Positions 18,009 to 19,913 of a stretch of 19,913 nt of DNA are shown here, in pieces; position 1 is the first letter of the stretch; each line of letters opens with the position of its first letter. Source of the DNA: Archangium sp. (GTDB taxonomy: Bacteria > Myxococcota > Myxococcia > Myxococcales > Myxococcaceae); assembly GCA_031367385.1 (NCBI GenBank), contig JANLPS010000053.1, positions 1-19,913 of the forward strand, written 5' to 3'. The position numbers and the translations under genes were made by a program. The notes beneath the pieces are model-generated. The model worked only from the letters and a program-made list of their open reading frames with translations. It did no database searches and had not been told where the DNA came from.

Positions 18009-18038
18009 TTGACAGTGCTGAACAGCGGCGCATACAAG
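18009..18038 (+). promoter_or_regulatory. sigma70-type promoter for tRNA-Val
   Basis: Perfect TTGACA (18009-18014), 18-nt spacer, TACAAG (18033-18038), then a GC-rich discriminator CGGCCGC typical of stable-RNA promoters. Confidence 0.7.
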
Positions 18039-18077
18039 CGGCCGCGCTTTTGCGGTGCGTGTGTCGAGTACCAGTAC

Positions 18078-18149
<72 letters not shown>

Positions 18150-18156
18150 CTTTGTT

Positions 18157-18199
18157 GGCCGGAGTGAGCGCGTCGCTCGCTTCGGCCTTTTTTATTTTT
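18157..18199 (+). terminator. Rho-independent terminator after tRNA-Val
   Basis: Stem GGCCGGAGTGAGCG/CGCTCGCTTCGGCC (with G-U pairs) followed by TTTTTTATTTTT. Confidence 0.85.
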
Positions 18200-18227
18200 C
18201 GCAGCCCGAAGAGAGAGCCCCAAGCCC

Positions 18228-19913
18228 ATGTCTGCAATCATCACTGTCACGCTGCCCGACGGGTCGAAGAAAGAAGCACCCAAGGGCGTCAAGATCGCTG
18301 ATTTCGTTCGCGATTCGATCGGCGCGGGCCTCGCCAAGGCCGCACTGTTCGCGAAGCTCAACGGCCACGAAGTCGATCTGAATCACCCCATCGATGAAGA
18401 CTCGAGCCTGCAGATCTTCACGCCCAAGTCGCCCGAGGGCATCGAGCTTGCCCGTCACGACGCGGCGCACGTGGTCGCTGATGCGGTGCAACGCCTCTTT
18501 CCCGGCACGCAGGTCACCATCGGCCCAAGCATCGAAGAGGGGTTTTATTACGACTTCTTTCGCGAGAAGCCCTTCACGCCCGATGACCTCGAGAAGATCG
18601 AGGCCCTCGCCAACGAGATCGTGAAGGCCGACCTGCCGTTCGTTCGCGAAGAGGTCAGCATCGCCGACGCGCTCAAGCTCTTCGAAGGCAAAGGCGAGAA
18701 GTTCAAACTCGAGATCATCAACGACATCGTCGCCAAGGGCGCCAAGACGCTCACGCTCTACCACCACGGTGATTGGGTCGACTTCTGCCTGGGGCCCCAC
18801 GGCCCGTCGACCAGCCGCATCGGCGTGATCAAGCTGCTCTCGAGCTCGGGCGCCTACTGGCGCGGCGACCACAACAACCCCATGTTGCAGCGCATTTACG
18901 GCACGGCGTTCTTCGACAAGAAGCAGCTCGAGGCCTGGGCCAAACAGCGCGAAGAGGCCGCCAAGCGCGACCACCGCAAGCTCGGCAAAGAGCTCGACTT
19001 GTTTCACTTTCACCATTTCTCACCCGGCGCCGCTTTTTGGACGCCGAAGGGCACGGCGCTCTACAGCACGCTCGCGGAGTGGATGCGCAAGATGACCGCC
19101 GAGAATGGCTACCTCGAGATCAAGACGCCCCTCCTCTACAACAAGGGCCTGTGGGAGATCTCCGGGCACTGGGGCAAATACAAAGAGAACATGTTTCTCG
19201 TTCAAGACAGCGAGACCGAGGAGCTGCACTTCTCGCTCAAGCCGATGAACTGCCCGTCGCACCACTTGTATTACGGGTTCAAGAAGCACTCGTACCGCGA
19301 CTTGCCGCTGCGCTTGGCCACGCACGACGTGCTGCACCGCAATGAGGCGGCCGGAGCGTTGGGCGGCCTGACCCGCGTGCGCCAGTTCGCGCAAGACGAC
19401 GGTCACATCTACTGCCGCGAAGACCAGATCCCCGATGAGGTCGCGCGGTTCGTGAGGCTGCTCGACCATGCGTACAACGCGGTGGGGCTGAAATATCAGG
19501 CGAAGCTGTCGACCCGACCTCCGCAGCGCATCGGAGACGACGGGTTGTGGGACCGTGCCGAGGCCGCGCTCAAGACGGCGCTCGAGACCTTGAAGCTCGA
19601 ATACGAGCTCAAGCCGGGTGACGGCGCGTTTTATGGCCCGAAGATCGACTTCGACGTCTCTGATTCAATCGGCCGCAAGTGGCAGCTGGGTACGATTCAG
19701 CTCGACTACAACGCTCCGTCGAAAGAGCGCTTCGACCTGACCTACATCGGCGAAGACAACAAAGAGCACCAGCCCGTCGTGCTCCACCGCGCGATCTTCG
19801 GGTCGTTCGAGCGCTACATCGCGATTCTGATCGAGCATTTCGCCGGCGCTTTCCCTGCGTGGTTGGCTCCCGTACAGGTGAAGTTGATCACCATCGCCGA
19901 CCGTCAGATCGAC
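18228..19913 (+). CDS. thrS: Threonine--tRNA ligase (3' end outside window)
   Basis: Not in the ORF track because there is no stop in the window. [13 protein letters not shown] (TGS domain), RHDAAH and DFCLGPH (editing domain), [50 protein letters not shown] and WLAPVQV. Confidence 0.98.
   Translation, partial: MSAIITVTLPDGSKKEAPKGVKIADFVRDSIGAGLAKAALFAKLNGHEVDLNHPIDEDSSLQIFTPKSPEGIELARHDAAHVVADAVQRLFPGTQVTIGPSIEEGFYYDFFREKPFTPDDLEKIEALANEIVKADLPFVREEVSIADALKLFEGKGEKFKLEIINDIVAKGAKTLTLYHHGDWVDFCLGPHGPSTSRIGVIKLLSSSGAYWRGDHNNPMLQRIYGTAFFDKKQLEAWAKQREEAAKRDHRKLGKELDLFHFHHFSPGAAFWTPKGTALYSTLAEWMRKMTAENGYLEIKTPLLYNKGLWEISGHWGKYKENMFLVQDSETEELHFSLKPMNCPSHHLYYGFKKHSYRDLPLRLATHDVLHRNEAAGALGGLTRVRQFAQDDGHIYCREDQIPDEVARFVRLLDHAYNAVGLKYQAKLSTRPPQRIGDDGLWDRAEAALKTALETLKLEYELKPGDGAFYGPKIDFDVSDSIGRKWQLGTIQLDYNAPSKERFDLTYIGEDNKEHQPVVLHRAIFGSFERYIAILIEHFAGAFPAWLAPVQVKLITIADRQID

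Noticed and set aside
18150..18227. T-box or E. coli-type tRNA-mimic operator upstream of thrS
   Set aside because: The region is too short and lacks the T-box consensus. The CGT loop of the terminator matches a Thr anticodon, but a 3-nt loop is not a 7-nt anticodon-loop mimic and is probably chance.

Overview
GC-rich (roughly 65-70%) chromosomal window. Its gene content (Hanks kinase, FHA-GGDEF, REC-DUF4388, DivIVA beside proC, RDD/SpoIIM) suggests a myxobacterium; this is inference. Left to right: (1) dapF (5' truncated), coupled to a GAF/degenerate-GGDEF/DICT-like gene and a REC-DUF4388-pseudo-GTPase gene. (2) A small hypothetical gene divergent from an intact FHA-GGDEF diguanylate cyclase. 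(3) A minus-strand block HEAT-proC-divIVA-yggU followed by a membrane-anchored gluzincin. (4) A Zn-ribbon J-domain gene and bcp. (5) A minus-strand operon: exported protein, RsmB/NOP methyltransferase, RDD, a low-GC membrane gene, SpoIIM. (6) A membrane Ser/Thr kinase and an IscA/HesB protein. (7) A minus-strand DnaD-like plus DnaC/DnaI-like pair. (8) tRNA-Val(GAC) with promoter and terminator, then thrS (3' truncated). No integrase, transposase or CRISPR array was seen. The best candidates for something undescribed are a c-di-GMP-sensing module made of pseudo-enzymes next to an active cyclase, a DnaD-like/DnaC-like helicase-loading pair, and a kinase peptide repeat (RPQTVEY) whose copies differ almost only at synonymous sites. 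All domain calls come from motif recognition by eye; no searches were run.
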